Assembly (NCBI GenBank): GCA_045837725.1
Contig: JBEWZL010000053.1
Location: 62,001 to 126,000, forward strand
Origin: Vermamoeba vermiformis
Lineage: Eukaryota
Length of the DNA stretch: 64,000 nucleotides
Reading direction: 5' to 3'
Positions 11,795-24,432 of the stretch are shown piece after piece. Position numbers and translations under genes: made by a program. Positions within the stretch are counted from its first letter, which is position 1. Every line of letters begins with the position of its first letter. A model generated the notes under the pieces. That model was not told where the DNA came from. It made no database searches and saw only the letters and a program-made list of their open reading frames with translations.

Positions 11795-14116
11795 TTAAGT
11801 CGCTTTTACATCTCCGATCTGAGTAGGTTGCAAAAAGTTATGAACATAGTGATGACCGGCAGTTTCAGGCTTAGATAAAATCAATATCAAATACTTTTCC
11901 AATTCTTGTAACATTTGATCCTTTTCTTTTTTCTTCTTCACGCTTCCTTCATTCGGACCCAACGCTCCTTTCTTCTTTAATCGTTTATCTAACTCTTCAA
12001 ACTGTGCAACTCTGCAAACAAACCATTAGTTAAACATGCTATAGTAATAAATAAATCGTATTAAATATCCTAACAACGGTCAGGATGAGATCGGCATCCG
12101 GATCGGATTTAAAAAAAAAGATTCGGGCTTACCTCCTGAAAACAGCCCAATTCTTGCCTCCTTGCGCAACAGCGATTTTATACAATGTAACTTTCTTGCT
12201 CGTATCAATAGCGTCTGCTCGGTCTTCGTATGAGATGATCGTTGCTTGGTACATACTTCCGTCATAGTTAGTAGACTCGGCTAAAATAGTATTGAGTGAC
12301 ATTCGGTTCTATAATGATAAGACCGTCAGCTACTATACATATTGCTATATTAAGAACCGTTTAAATACTCACGTCTTTGTTTTTGATGCCCGGAGGAGGT
12401 GGTGGCACGTTGACTTTCTGGATCGGCTTCACAGCTGGTTGTTTGCCGAAACTGCTGCCCGTCAGCACGACTTCACCTTCCTTTTTAGGAATAAGTTCTT
12501 CTTTCGTCTTTGAAGGCGCAGGAGGCGGTGTTTGTTTTGAGGGCGGTGGTGGCGGTGCAGTATTGACAGTGGTTGTAGGAGCGGCTGTCGGTCGTGTCGG
12601 AGGTGGCGGCGTTGTGTTATTGACAGCTGGAGTGACCGCGGGACGTGTCGGAGGTGAAGGCGTTACGTAGTTATTGGTGGAAGGCGTTGAGATCGGTGAA
12701 GCGTTACGCGGTGAAGTGCTCATCTGCGGCGAAGTGCCAGGTGAAGGCTCGTTGTAGTTCTTTTGAATGTGCTCGAGAATTCGATTCGTCGTCACGTCTT
12801 TGTTGCCTGAGCTCGACGAAGGACTAGTTGAGAGCGGCTTCGGAGATTTCGGTGATTCAGACGCGGGTGTTGACGTCTTTGCCGGAGCGTTTTTATCAAT
12901 GAGCCAACCTCCGCCGACGAGCTTAGCCTTCAATTTATCTTTCAAACTCTTTTTCTTCTTTTCTTCTTTCGCTGGTTGTGGCGGTGCAGCAGGAATTGCA
13001 AATTGACTCGGCGAACTATTGTACACTGGCGATGATGCTTGTGGTGCGGTACTATAACTGCTAGTAGTTGTATTGATAGGTGTTGGTGCTGATCGTGGGG
13101 GTGACCAAGGTTGCGGGGCTGAAACTTCGACTGTTTGTGTTTGTTGTTGATTCCAGCCATTGCTAGCGCCATTATTGCCTCGCGGTGATGTTTTTAATCC
13201 GTCATTTGAGGTATTTAAAGCTGGCCTTCCTGGAATTGGTGGTGGGGGAGCGGCTCCTAAAAAATGAATAATTAATATATAATGCTTGAAAAAAAGCATT
13301 AAAATATATTCCAGTAATATTATTTACAAATTTGGTATAATTAAGTCGCTGAAATTGGTTTTTGGACGCATCACGGAGCGACAAGTTCGAGGTTGAAATT
13401 TTGTACGAAAAAACGTAACGAATTAAAATTATAATTAAATAACTGATTGATCAGCCATATTAACTTACTTCGCTTAGGTAAACCTGGAGCGGGTCCTGAA
13501 TCGACTCCTCCGCTGTTAGCAAGGCCAGGTCTGGGTTCGCCACAAGCAGGGCAGAATTTCGCATTAGGAAGGTACACTTGACCGCATGAGCATGCGTTAG
13601 CGGGTGCCGCGGCTAATAACAATAATAAATCGTTAATAATACATTAATGGAGCTTATTTATTGAGCAATGGTTAATAAAAGAGAATTGAATTTTCTTGAA
13701 GGATTTTAAGCTAATTTTTTCCTTAAAATCATTATATTATTTTAATTACGTACCAACTGTATTCTTTTCTCCGCAATGTACGCAGAATTTCCAATCAGGC
13801 TTATCGTTTTTTCCTCCACATCCACCGCAGAAATTATTGCCTGAATTAAATGATTAAATCCATGCAGTAAATACTAATAAATTATAAATATTATTTTGCT
13901 GTCCGATAAATCGATTCGGACTTATCAGATATAAACGTCAAACTACTCGAAATTTCTAGCCCAGTGATTTAGATGCGGAACATGGAGGTGTACTCCGCTG
14001 ATATAGCTTGCGGTTATAAATATGAATATTATTAACATACCGTTTCCTTTGCTAGTGCCGCATTCCGCACAAAATTGGCCGACGACTTCGACACCACAGT
14101 TTTTGCAGTACGCCAT
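11795..14116 (-). CDS. Zinc-ribbon repeats + Pro-rich region + C-terminal PX domain adaptor
   Basis: Three exons encode CxxC..FCxxCG zinc ribbons, followed by a long PPPP/PxxP region. The C-terminus YKIAVAQGGKNWAVFRR|VAQFEELDKRL...LEKYLILILSKP...VHNFL is PX-like. Confidence 0.75.
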
Positions 14117-14717
14117 CTGGATGTGCTTGCAGTCTGAAAATAATACGCATAAATTAGTTACTTATGACTTTTTTAATTATTGATAAATAAAAATTATACA
14201 GAGGGAAATGTGTAACGTGGACAGATTTGATCTGAATTGGGAAAGCAATTTAAATGTAAAATTCGCGCAGAAAATATCATAAAGAATTTGGCAATATCCT
14301 ATACTATTTAAATATACTCAAGCTAGTAATAAAAAGGGTTCCCTTTTGGTGCGGGGGCTGCATCCGCTTTTCATTAATTAATTAACGACGCGACTACATC
14401 GATATTTAAATTTGATAATTATCCTAACGATTAAGCATAACAATGTGTATCAATATGAGTGACAATGGTCAATTCCAATACTTTACCTACGAACAGCTAG
14501 TCTTCGAAATTTACACGAGGCGTCAGATGCACACAGGATCCGCTTGATTTATGTGCGTCAATCGATAAAATATAAATACAGTGAAAATGTTGCAGTTTTC
14601 GAAAATTATCTCGCAGTTTTCACGAACCAGAGCACAACGAGGGCGATCAGGTAACCCTGGGATTAAAAATAAAATCTTTTCGACAACTGTCAATCCCGCT
14701 TTATTACGTTTGATAAC

Positions 14718-15664
14718 ATGGCCGATACACAACAATTAGCAGCTTTAATTAAAGCGTGCGACTTCGCTGCCAAGAAGCATCGCAGTCAAAAGCGCAAAGA
14801 TGGATTAGGTAAGAAAAGTGAAATCTGAGCAAACTTTATTAATAAGAGGGTAGGAACTCCTTATATTAACCATCCACTGGGCGTTGCAAACATGATTGCC
14901 CAAATTGGCGGCGTTAGCGAGCTGGATGTGCTTCAGGCTGCCGTTTTACACGAGTAAGCAAACAAAAATATTTTAAATAAATTTAGAAAATTACCTGCGT
15001 TATATTATATATATTTCTTTTACCGTATAATGTAATCAAGTCTAATTTGGCGGAATAAATGGATCACAAACTGAAATTTTTTCTTCGCAGCACTGTAGAA
15101 GACACAGGAACTCTTCCCGAAGAGATCGAAAAGGAATTTGGTGCTAATATTCGCTCGATAGTGGCCGAGGTATCCGACGATAAGTCCCTATCAAAAGTAG
15201 AACGCAAAAAGCACCAGGTTGAGGCTGCATCTCACAAAAGCCGCCAAGCCAAACTCGTTAAACTCGGCGACAAGCTATACAACTGCCGCGACTTATTAAG
15301 TACTCCGCCACCCGATTGGTAAGCATTATCTAAGTACTACACGAGCAAATTTTTTTGTCGAAGTACCGATGAGATTCACTACAAAAACACCCGTCCGCGA
15401 CTTCACCTGAAATCAATGCTACATATATGTTACTTATACTGACTTATATCCTTTAGGCCCCTTGAACAAATTCAAGGATACTTTGTTTGGTCTAAGGCGG
15501 TCATTAACCAAATCCGAGGCACTAACAAAGGTCTCGAGGACGCTCTAGACCAAGTCTTCGCATCAAGTTTTACTTGGAATGGCAACAAGTACCCGTGTGT
15601 ACCTGAAGGCGATTTACAACAGCATCTTGAAAAGTACTACAGTGCGATCGAAGGCAAAAAATAG
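14718..15664 (+). CDS. HDDC3: HD-domain (p)ppGpp/NADPH hydrolase MESH1 homolog
   Basis: KACDFAAKKHRSQKRKD..TPYINHPLGVA, AAVLHD|TVEDT, IVAEVSDDKSL.K.ERK, KLVKLGDKLYNCRDL, YFVWSKAV. Confidence 0.92.
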
Positions 15665-15885
15665 AGAGCTCTAGAGCGGTTGTAATTTGTCTATATTATT
15701 GTAAGTATAGATACATTGTTTTTTTTTTAAATAAACAAAATTATGCTCATAAATAATCCGTTCGGTTAAGAAAAGATCATTACGAAAAAAGCCGTTACGT
15801 GTACAATTTTTTTATACACATCTGAAATTTAACCACAACTCGATATTAACAAACTTTACTTTGGCAATAGTACATAGATCAGATA

Positions 15886-18435
15886 ATGACTACAAAACAC
15901 AACGCAAGTAAGTCCCAAACTTGCTCACATTTGGAATTCCACCTGAAGATTAATTTAACTTACCACAAAAATTCCAAAAAAAGTACTAATTTATCTCATA
16001 TACGCAGGTGATTATTACAAGTCGCTGTTGGACTTCAGTTCATTTTTCAACAACCCGAGTTTTTGCGATCTCGTGGTTCACACCTCCAAAGATCCTTCAG
16101 CAGCAAAAATATTCTGCCATAAATTCGTAATTAAAGCCGTGGGTCCAAATTTATACGAAGCGTTGATGCAGAACAAAATTGAATCTGAAGCGGATGTGGA
16201 TCATGTTTTGATTGTGCCAGAGTTACAAAACAAAGATGAAGCAGCGAAGTTGTTCTTCAACATCATATACGATGATTCTATAGTCGAGAAAACCATTGAA
16301 GCTCAATTGGTCGAGCTAAACGAAACTTTTAAGGTACGTGATCTCGTCTTGGAAATTAAATTTGTTAATTTGCCTACTTTTAGATATATTCCATGTGGGA
16401 TCTAAGCAGAGCAGTACAAACAAAAAGCAGACTCGCTAAGAGTCCTTTCGGCGAGGCCATTAGAAAATCTCACTCCGAAATTGAATTGTGCCAACGACTT
16501 GAGCGATTTTACGATTTATTTGGATCAAGAAAAGAAGTCATTTTTAAAAACTCATCGAATCATTCTGCAAAAAGGTAATTACTATAATACCCTATTTATT
16601 AACTAATCAGATAACCAGCGTCAATGTATTACTCTGGCTTTTTCAATTCCGGCATGAAAGAATCGAATTCTCGCGAGTCGATTATATCGTTAGACGCCGA
16701 TATTAAGCACGAAGAATTTTGCCAATTAATGCAAAAGTTAATGGAATTCGCTTATTCGGGTAAGTAACAGAAAAAAATCCTTCATTGCCAAAAAAGGAAA
16801 TTGACCAGATCTGTTTCAGAATCTCCCATCACTCAAGATACATTTGAGAATATGACGCCAGACGTTCTATTCGGAGTATCAATGCTTGCAACAAAGTACC
16901 TTTTCAACGGCATCCAGCAGCAGTTCGCAGCGTTCATTGAATCGACGAAAGAGTACCCTGAATACATTCTACCGGCCATTAAATACAATGATGCGAATGC
17001 TATGGTCATTGCTACTGAAGCGTTGTTGCGCAACATCACCGAGATCAAGGTAAGCATTACAAAATTGCAGATCCCAATTACCTACTTTCCATAAACCTTG
17101 ATTTTTTGTCTGATTAAGTGCTAATCACGTGATTTTTATAGTTTGAAATGATTCCCGTTGATTTTCTGCAAAACGTCAGAGTGGGTGAGGGCGGCAATAT
17201 TTTCCACGCAATTTTGTCGCACAAGATGCAAGGAACTTTGTCGCCGCTACATCAAGTTCAAACTTTGCTAAAGATGGTAAGGATGTCACGTGTCAAATAT
17301 AGTCGTTCCGATGTACTAATTAGGAAATCCTTGTTCATTTCGTAGTTCGGTGAAAACTCTCCAATTACGTTGACGACGAAAGACGATGAAGGAAACAACT
17401 GCCTGCACTTCATTTGCAAGAATTCTCCAAACTTATTCTCCGAGGTCGTGGATCTGATGATCGCTCAAAAAGTGGATCTGAACGACCAAAACAACGAAGG
17501 CGACACCGCTTTGAATGTAAGCCATATTCTGATATACAATACTATAGGTTAATTTACTAATCAACTTTAAATGTAGTTGGCTTTGAAGAGCTTGTACGGC
17601 AATGAAACTGCTTCACCAGCTTTTCACGTTGGAAAACTTTCCAACACCGTGACGCAAGCGCCATTGACCGTAGTTGACAAGTTAATAGGCGCAAGTGCAA
17701 AGGTATATATAGACTATACTATATAGTATAGTGCCATCGATCGATTCTAACTTAAATTTGAATTTTAGGTGGATCTCGAAACCGATCAACATTTGCAGCT
17801 ATTTTTAGCTCACATGTGCCACTTCGAAAATGGTCGAAGTTATGCAGTGTGGAAAATAATTGAAGGATTGTTGGACACAGTGTCAAAAGAACGAGTGACA
17901 AAGTGCATTTCACGACGAGACGTTATGACCTGTTTGGCCAATGCATTCACTAGACCCATTGAGTATCTCTTCCGCAAGCTCAAAATTGAAATTTCAATCG
18001 AAGTCAAGCAGAGCTCTAAGACGAAGAAAGAAAAATTGATCCAAGTCAAATCCATTGATCTGGAGAAAATTGAAATCAGAGAGGTAATAACGATATCCGT
18101 CATTATTATAATACCTGCATTCTAACTGATAGTTATTAATAGAACATCTATGAACTTGCCAAGATGAAAGTGACCCGTAAAACCGAGATCACAAATCCGC
18201 ACCACAATTGGGAAGCATTTGAAGGGTTTGACGTCAGACGTTGGAATTCGTAAGTCTCGGTTTAAGGCTTATTATATAATTATATTGCTAATTAGCACCT
18301 ATTATAGATAATATGTACTTCGAGCCTAACGAAGATGCGCACACGCTCATTGCTGGACTGGTGTATCATGTCGCGGGAGCAAAACAAGTGCAAGAAACAA
18401 AGACTAACAAATCTCCGCTCAAATTTTGGAAATAA
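15886..18435 (+). CDS. Tandem BTB/POZ + ankyrin-repeat protein (one +1 frameshift near 16404)
   Basis: FFNNPSFCDLVV..IFCHKFVI; second BTB LSDFTIYL..KTHRIIL..FFNSGMKES; ankyrin KDDEGNNCLHFIC..DLNDQNNEGDTAL. Confidence 0.8.
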
Positions 18436-18555
18436 AAGTGCTTGTAGTGTTTAGTATGATATGCAAGACTGGTCTTTAAATTATTCGGTTAAAATAAAAA
18501 GATTTACACGACGTTATTTTTTTATTTTCGAATTACAGAAGGATAATTGATAGTC

Positions 18556-18786
18556 ATGGAAAAGAAACTGAATAGAATTATTCAAAAACATCAAGACTCG
18601 GAGGAAATCCCTCCCCAGCTGCTACACGATCTAGATTCGCGGCCTTTGCCTGACATACTCGACAATTACAAACTAGAAGAAGAATTTACTCGCCCGGTAT
18701 TTAAAAAGAGAAATAATTCCAAAACCATTCCTCTACTTATAGTTGTAGTGATATTGGGCTTGATTATTGCCAGAATTTTGATGTAA
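18556..18786 (+). CDS. Possible small tail-anchored membrane protein
   Basis: 76-codon ORF ending in a hydrophobic helix (IPLLIVVVILGLIIARILM), followed by AATAAA. No recognised family. Confidence 0.35.
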   Translation: MEKKLNRIIQKHQDSEEIPPQLLHDLDSRPLPDILDNYKLEEEFTRPVFKKRNNSKTIPLLIVVVILGLIIARILM

Positions 18787-19065
18787 AATAAATAAAAAAT
18801 TCAAGAACGTGAAAAAATAGACGAACCTACTCGCTTTCCTAACTCGAACGAGATTTTTGTACAATATGAATTAAAGTATAACCCCCCCCAAACGCCAGAA
18901 GACGCTCCCTGAAGCGCGCCGAGCCGCATAATAAGTCAAAAACGAAGACGCGATTGAAAATAACGTTTAAACGTTTACGGGGGATTTGAGCCCGGTTAAC
19001 AATAAAAATAAATTATTTATATTTTATTGAAATTTAGGATTTAAGATCTGACCACTAATCTTCTG

Positions 19066-22000
19066 TTACTTTATTTTAAACTCGGTTTCGTACATTGCCT
19101 CTAATCTATCAATAATAATTTGAATTGGCAATCTTTGGCTAGGTTCTTGCTGCCAACAACCGCCAATCAGATCCGCGTAGTCTGAAGGACATCCAGCAGG
19201 AATTACTTCGCGATTGCCGTCGAGAACGAATTTAGTCACGTCCCATATATGGTTAAATGCTGAATATGGCTCTTTTTGCGTGACCAAGACCCACAAAAGT
19301 ACTCCAAAGCTGTAAATGTCTGCTGCCTTATCGTACCGCTTCTTCTTTAATATTTCTGGGGCCATATAAATAGGAGTGCCAACATTTTTGGTGTAACTTT
19401 CAATTTTGTCTTCGTAGATCTGCCTCGCACTGCCAAAGTCACTCAACCGAATCAACAATGGCGAGTTTACGTCCGTTGACTCGATTAATACGTTTTCGGG
19501 CTTAATATCGCGATGCAATACGTTATTTTTGTGCAAAAACTGAATTGCTTTCGCGATCTCCAATGCGATCCGTAACTTTGTGCCGTACGGAATTTTTTTC
19601 TGCATCCACTTTTCTAAACTTCCATTAGGCATGAACTTTGTAACTATTGCCAACTTTCCAGGAAGATTAGAAGCACCAACAAATGGCACTATTCCTTCGT
19701 ACTTTAGCGTCGACAACAAGTGGATCTCGCGGTCAAATTCTTCGAGGGTCTTCGCATCCACGAACTCTTGAGCTCGGAGCATCTTTACTGCAACATCTTC
19801 TCCTCGATATTTGCCTCGATATACTACGCCAAAGCCACCTTCTCCAATTGGCGCTGATTCTTTATCGATTTCATCAATATCGATCCACACTGAAGGACTT
19901 GAAACTAGGTTGCACGAGAGGTAAAAATGTTTGGCAAGCTGAGGCAATTCAACGCCAATGAGGGCACTAACATTCGTCGTAATATTCATCTTCACCTTAA
20001 TTTGAACTGTCTGATCGTTGTCGCTGTCTTCTACGTTGATCAATTTTGACTTTTTAGTCTTTCGTTTGCTGTCCAATAACAAATGTTTAGGTTCCACAAC
20101 CAACTCACATTTGGGACTAATAGGCGGATGAAACACGATAACACAAGGGTTATCCGTTCCGAACTTCATCAATGGCACTGATTCGTTGATATTTGTATTG
20201 GGCTTCAGTTTGAACGACGCCAATGCAGATCCGATGCCTCCGCGCCATTCAATTGCCACGGTGTCTGTATACTCCTCGCCAACTGTCAAACTATCAGCTG
20301 CTCCAAAGTCAATGGAAGTCTTGGACAGCGCGAACGGCAGCTTGTTAACATTGCATAACTTTGAGTCTTCTGGCGGCATCCAAGGCCTTAGTAACGGGTA
20401 CTTAATATCGTCAACGCCGTAAGTGGCCTTTGAGAACGACATGTTTCGTCGTTGGTTGATTTGACGGCGTACAAAAACAACCACTGCCACGGCAATTGCG
20501 ATGGTCAGAAGAGCAACTGGGCCAACTATGAGAGCTGTCTGAGTATCTGACAATCGCACAGTGACCTTCACTTCATCGCTCTTTGTTTCGCCTGCCGGGT
20601 TGGACAAAAGCACGCTGTATCGATTTCCTTGCATTGCCAACGAAGCCTCAAACTGCAGCGTTTTTCCGATCTCCTACAAATGACTTGTTAACTAACTCCT
20701 ACCCGCCGTTAACGCGTTTTACTTACGCCTTCAATCTTTTCGCCGTTCTTGAACCATTGGTAAGATAGCCTTAGTGTCGGGTTTGCAAGTGCAGTGATTG
20801 TAGCAATTTGTCCAGACTTGACATCAGGTGCCTGCAGCGGTTGTTGAAGCACAGGTGCACCAAGCAGAATGACACTTGCGACGAATGTGCTCACTCGTGA
20901 TGAAGCGTAGCTGATCACAATTGAATATTGGCCGCTAAATTTTTCCGTAACATTCGTAATCTCAAGCGTTGTTCCGGTAGCGCCTGCCAAATTTGGTCAA
21001 TAATCAAGTTAAAAAATATGAATATAGAACTTACTGTTAAATAATACAGATTGATTGATGTACCATGAAATAGCAAAAGTGCTGTCATTGAGCTTCGTAT
21101 TCAAGCTCACGGAAAGTGTCACATTGTCACCTGCAAACACTTCGATGTTGGACACTTGTGGCGTGTTGATGGTCAACGCAGCGATTGATAGTTGGAACTT
21201 ATAAGGCCCCGCAGTGCCCGCAGCATTATGTAACAAAAGGTGATACATTCCGTTGTCTTCATTCGTCGTCTTTGCAATGGAAAGTTGACCTATTGTCGTG
21301 TTCATGAACCACTCGCCATGTCGTCGCCACTCGTAGACTAGATCATATCCAGTAGCCTCTACCGTGATATTCAAGCTAGAGTCGGATAGTGCCTCGTAGA
21401 TTGTCTCCAACGGGCGAGTAAGTTTGGGTGCTGTAATAACAAAAAGTCGGGTGCTCGTCGTTGCCGTGCCTGCGGGATTGGTCACCACAACTTTAACGAC
21501 AGAACTGTTGAATTGAGTTGATATCGACAAGGTCAATTGTGATGAGTTACTGTTTGGTTGAAGTTTGTCGTCAATGTACCACTCGTAGCTTGCAACATCA
21601 CCACGAACGTGAACTTCAAATGTATATGGCTTTTGCTCTATGACCATAGTTTGAGTTGGAAATTCATCGACAAGTGGCACGGCGCTAATTTCGACACTAA
21701 CGTTCTTGCCTAGGACAGTTCCTGAAGGATTGGAGACTTGCGGCATGACGAAAAAATCTTGCGTGATGTTCGTGACGGTGAGAATTGATGAATTATACGT
21801 AGATTCGATGGCGCTGGTTAATCCAGGTGGCATGTTCCAGTCAAAATTCAAGCGTTCACCAGTGGCCTGCACGCTGAAAACAATACTTTGGCCAACGAAA
21901 TAATTCACCGCTGGAGTGTCAGGTGTTTGTTGGACGATAGTTGGTGCTGGCTGTAACGCAAAGGTGAAGTTCACCGATGACCCAAAGTTGACATTGTAAG

Positions 22001-24007
22001 CCTCGCCTGTGATAACTGTGCCGTTCTCGTTTGCTTGAAGTGGCCACAATTTAAATGTCGGTGTGTCCACGTTGCTAATTGGCTTTGAATTGTCGTACCA
22101 TCTATATTGCACGTCTCTTCCAGTTGCGTTGATGTACAAAGTAGGTACGTCATTGACGAAGTATAAAAGTGCCGATGGGGAATGGTCGACAATTGTCGGA
22201 GCTGGCTCCGGGTACACGTGAACAATCGGACTGAGAGCACCTCCAGAAGGGTTTGACGCTCGCATTTGATAGGTCGCTGGTGCCAAGCTGTCATTGAGTT
22301 GAACACCCCATGTCGGACTCTGAGTAGACTGTGATACTATCACGCCGTTTCGTAGCCAACTGTACCACAATCCTTCGCCTCGGACGAGTCCAGTCATGTT
22401 GATATATGTTCTCTCATTACGCAACAAATACATGTCAGGGAACGACGTCACGGTGAACCAGGGCTTCGGCTTAATGACCAAAATAAAGGGCTTCGACAGC
22501 GCGAATCCGTTCGGGTTGGACACATTTGCGACGATTTCCGAAGAGTTCAGTGAAAACGAGCTTGCAGTGATTTGTATTGTCTGTTGGCCAGTGAGGCTTG
22601 GCTGTGCTTGTCCATTGATCAGCCATTCATATTGAAGTCGAACACCGGTCGCTGCGACAGAGTAAGTTACGCTCTCGTTCAAGAAAATAGAGCCTGTAGA
22701 TGCACTTGCACTCTTAATCACTGGTGCAGGATACGCAGTGACAATGCTCGGGGTTGAATTCAACACGAATCCGTCACCGCTGACACTCACGGTGTACGCA
22801 ACTCCGTTGTCTGTCATTGAGAACGGTGGGATGGTGTAGTTCGCGGTTGTTGCACCTGGTATTGGCTCGCCATTTTTGAACCACTGATACGAGACTGAAA
22901 TATCACCCTCTGTAGACTATGTATTAGTGACAAGCCAAACAAGCTACACTGTATATTACGTACTTAGCACGCCAACGGAGAGGTCGGAGGTGTCACCAAC
23001 AAACATGTGCACGGTACTCGGAGGATTCTCCGATATGACGAAGGGCTTGTCACTGATGAGAACAGTGCGTGAAGCGAGACCAGCTGGGCACAGGTAGTCT
23101 ATTTTTACAGTATACTGGCCGTAATCTTGGGCTGTAAGGCCTGAAAAGTACAAATAGGACATGTCTGACAGGATCGTGGTCGAGTTGCCTTTGTACCAAG
23201 CGAATTTTAAAGTTCCCTTGTAGGCCACGTCGATCAATAGTGTCAAGGGCTTGCCAACTGTAGCTTGAATGAAGGGCTTGAATTTGTTGACCTTTAACTC
23301 GGGACACGAGGCCAACATAGCTTTGCCGGTGGTTCTTGTCGTGCCACATTTGTCGGTGATTTTCACTGAATAATAGCCAAGGTCTTCTCTCGTTACTGCG
23401 GCCATTTTGTACTTCCACTCTGTTGCTCCTGGTACTGGCTCGTCACTGTGCAGCCATTGATAGGTCAGTTCAGTGCCGGTTGCGTTCACTGAAAACTCTG
23501 CTGGATCTCCGACTTGTTGCACCCAAGCTTCTTTAGGAGATGAAAGTATTGAAAATGTTGAACAAAAATTCGTCGTGAAGTTCTTGGAATACGCATATTT
23601 GACGATACCACAGTTGTCATCGTGGTTGTAATAACTGAGCCTGAAGTTGCCACCTGGAATTGCATCGAGCGAGGCTTGCCATTTGTAGCTTAGTTTACCA
23701 ACTACTCCTACTATTTGTTTGCAAATTCCGCCATCGAGAGGGCACCAAGAAATTACGACCGTAGTTGAAGAGCATCCGTTTTTTGTGAAGAACCAACTCA
23801 ATGTAACTGTTTGACTCGCACGCAAGGGACCTCCATCGGGGTCGGTTTGAAAATATTCAAGCCCACTGTCTCCTTGGCCTATTTATCCGGATAATTAATT
23901 AATTATGTATTTTTAAAGCTCAATCCAAATCCTTGCTTACCATTACTGCTGTAAAATATCGTACATAATATAAATAAAATTGTAATGCACTTCATTAATT
24001 TAATCAT
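19066..24007 (-). CDS. Single-pass receptor kinase (TKL group) with about 11 Ig-like repeats
   Basis: Signal-peptide exon; repeats of F.V.ATG..L.Y.W..NG...Y.V...N..G; TM helix ALIVGPVALLTIAIAVAVVVFV; kinase motifs GEGGFG, VAVK, HRDIKPEN, DFG, GTPIYMAPE. Confidence 0.9.
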
Positions 24008-24432
24008 CTGGTATTATGTTGTTCATATTGATGAAGATAACTTGAATGACATAATTCACACTGACGGATTAGAAGCTTCCAGGCGGTTGATTATTTTCTA
24101 ATTATAATGCCCGTAAAATGACGATTGAAGAATATTTGGCATCCCATATTGTCCAGAGCTGAAGTTAAAAAGTTGCTTGAAGACAAGATCTGTTGCATTA
24201 TTCGTTTACGACAAACCTCTACGAAGATTGACCAAAATTTAGAAGGCTCTTCTGTGGTTGATTTATTTCGGCGTCGTCATGCTCGATACTGAAAAAAGTG
24301 AGCACACAAAACCAGTTTTTTAAATTTTGGTATTGCGCGCCATTTCTGCTTTTGATGCTCAACGGCAAAACACGAAGGAAACAGTCCCATGACGCAAAAA
24401 TAATCGAAAGAAATTACATAACACTGCTGGAA

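Noticed and set aside
9160-15664. Era and MESH1 as a stringent-response-like cluster
   Set aside because: Both are widespread eukaryotic genes, an unrelated gene separates them, and there is no sign of co-regulation.
18975-19000. tRNA-like B-box (ACCGGGCTCAAATCCCC on the minus strand)
   Set aside because: No cloverleaf, A-box or acceptor stem could be built.
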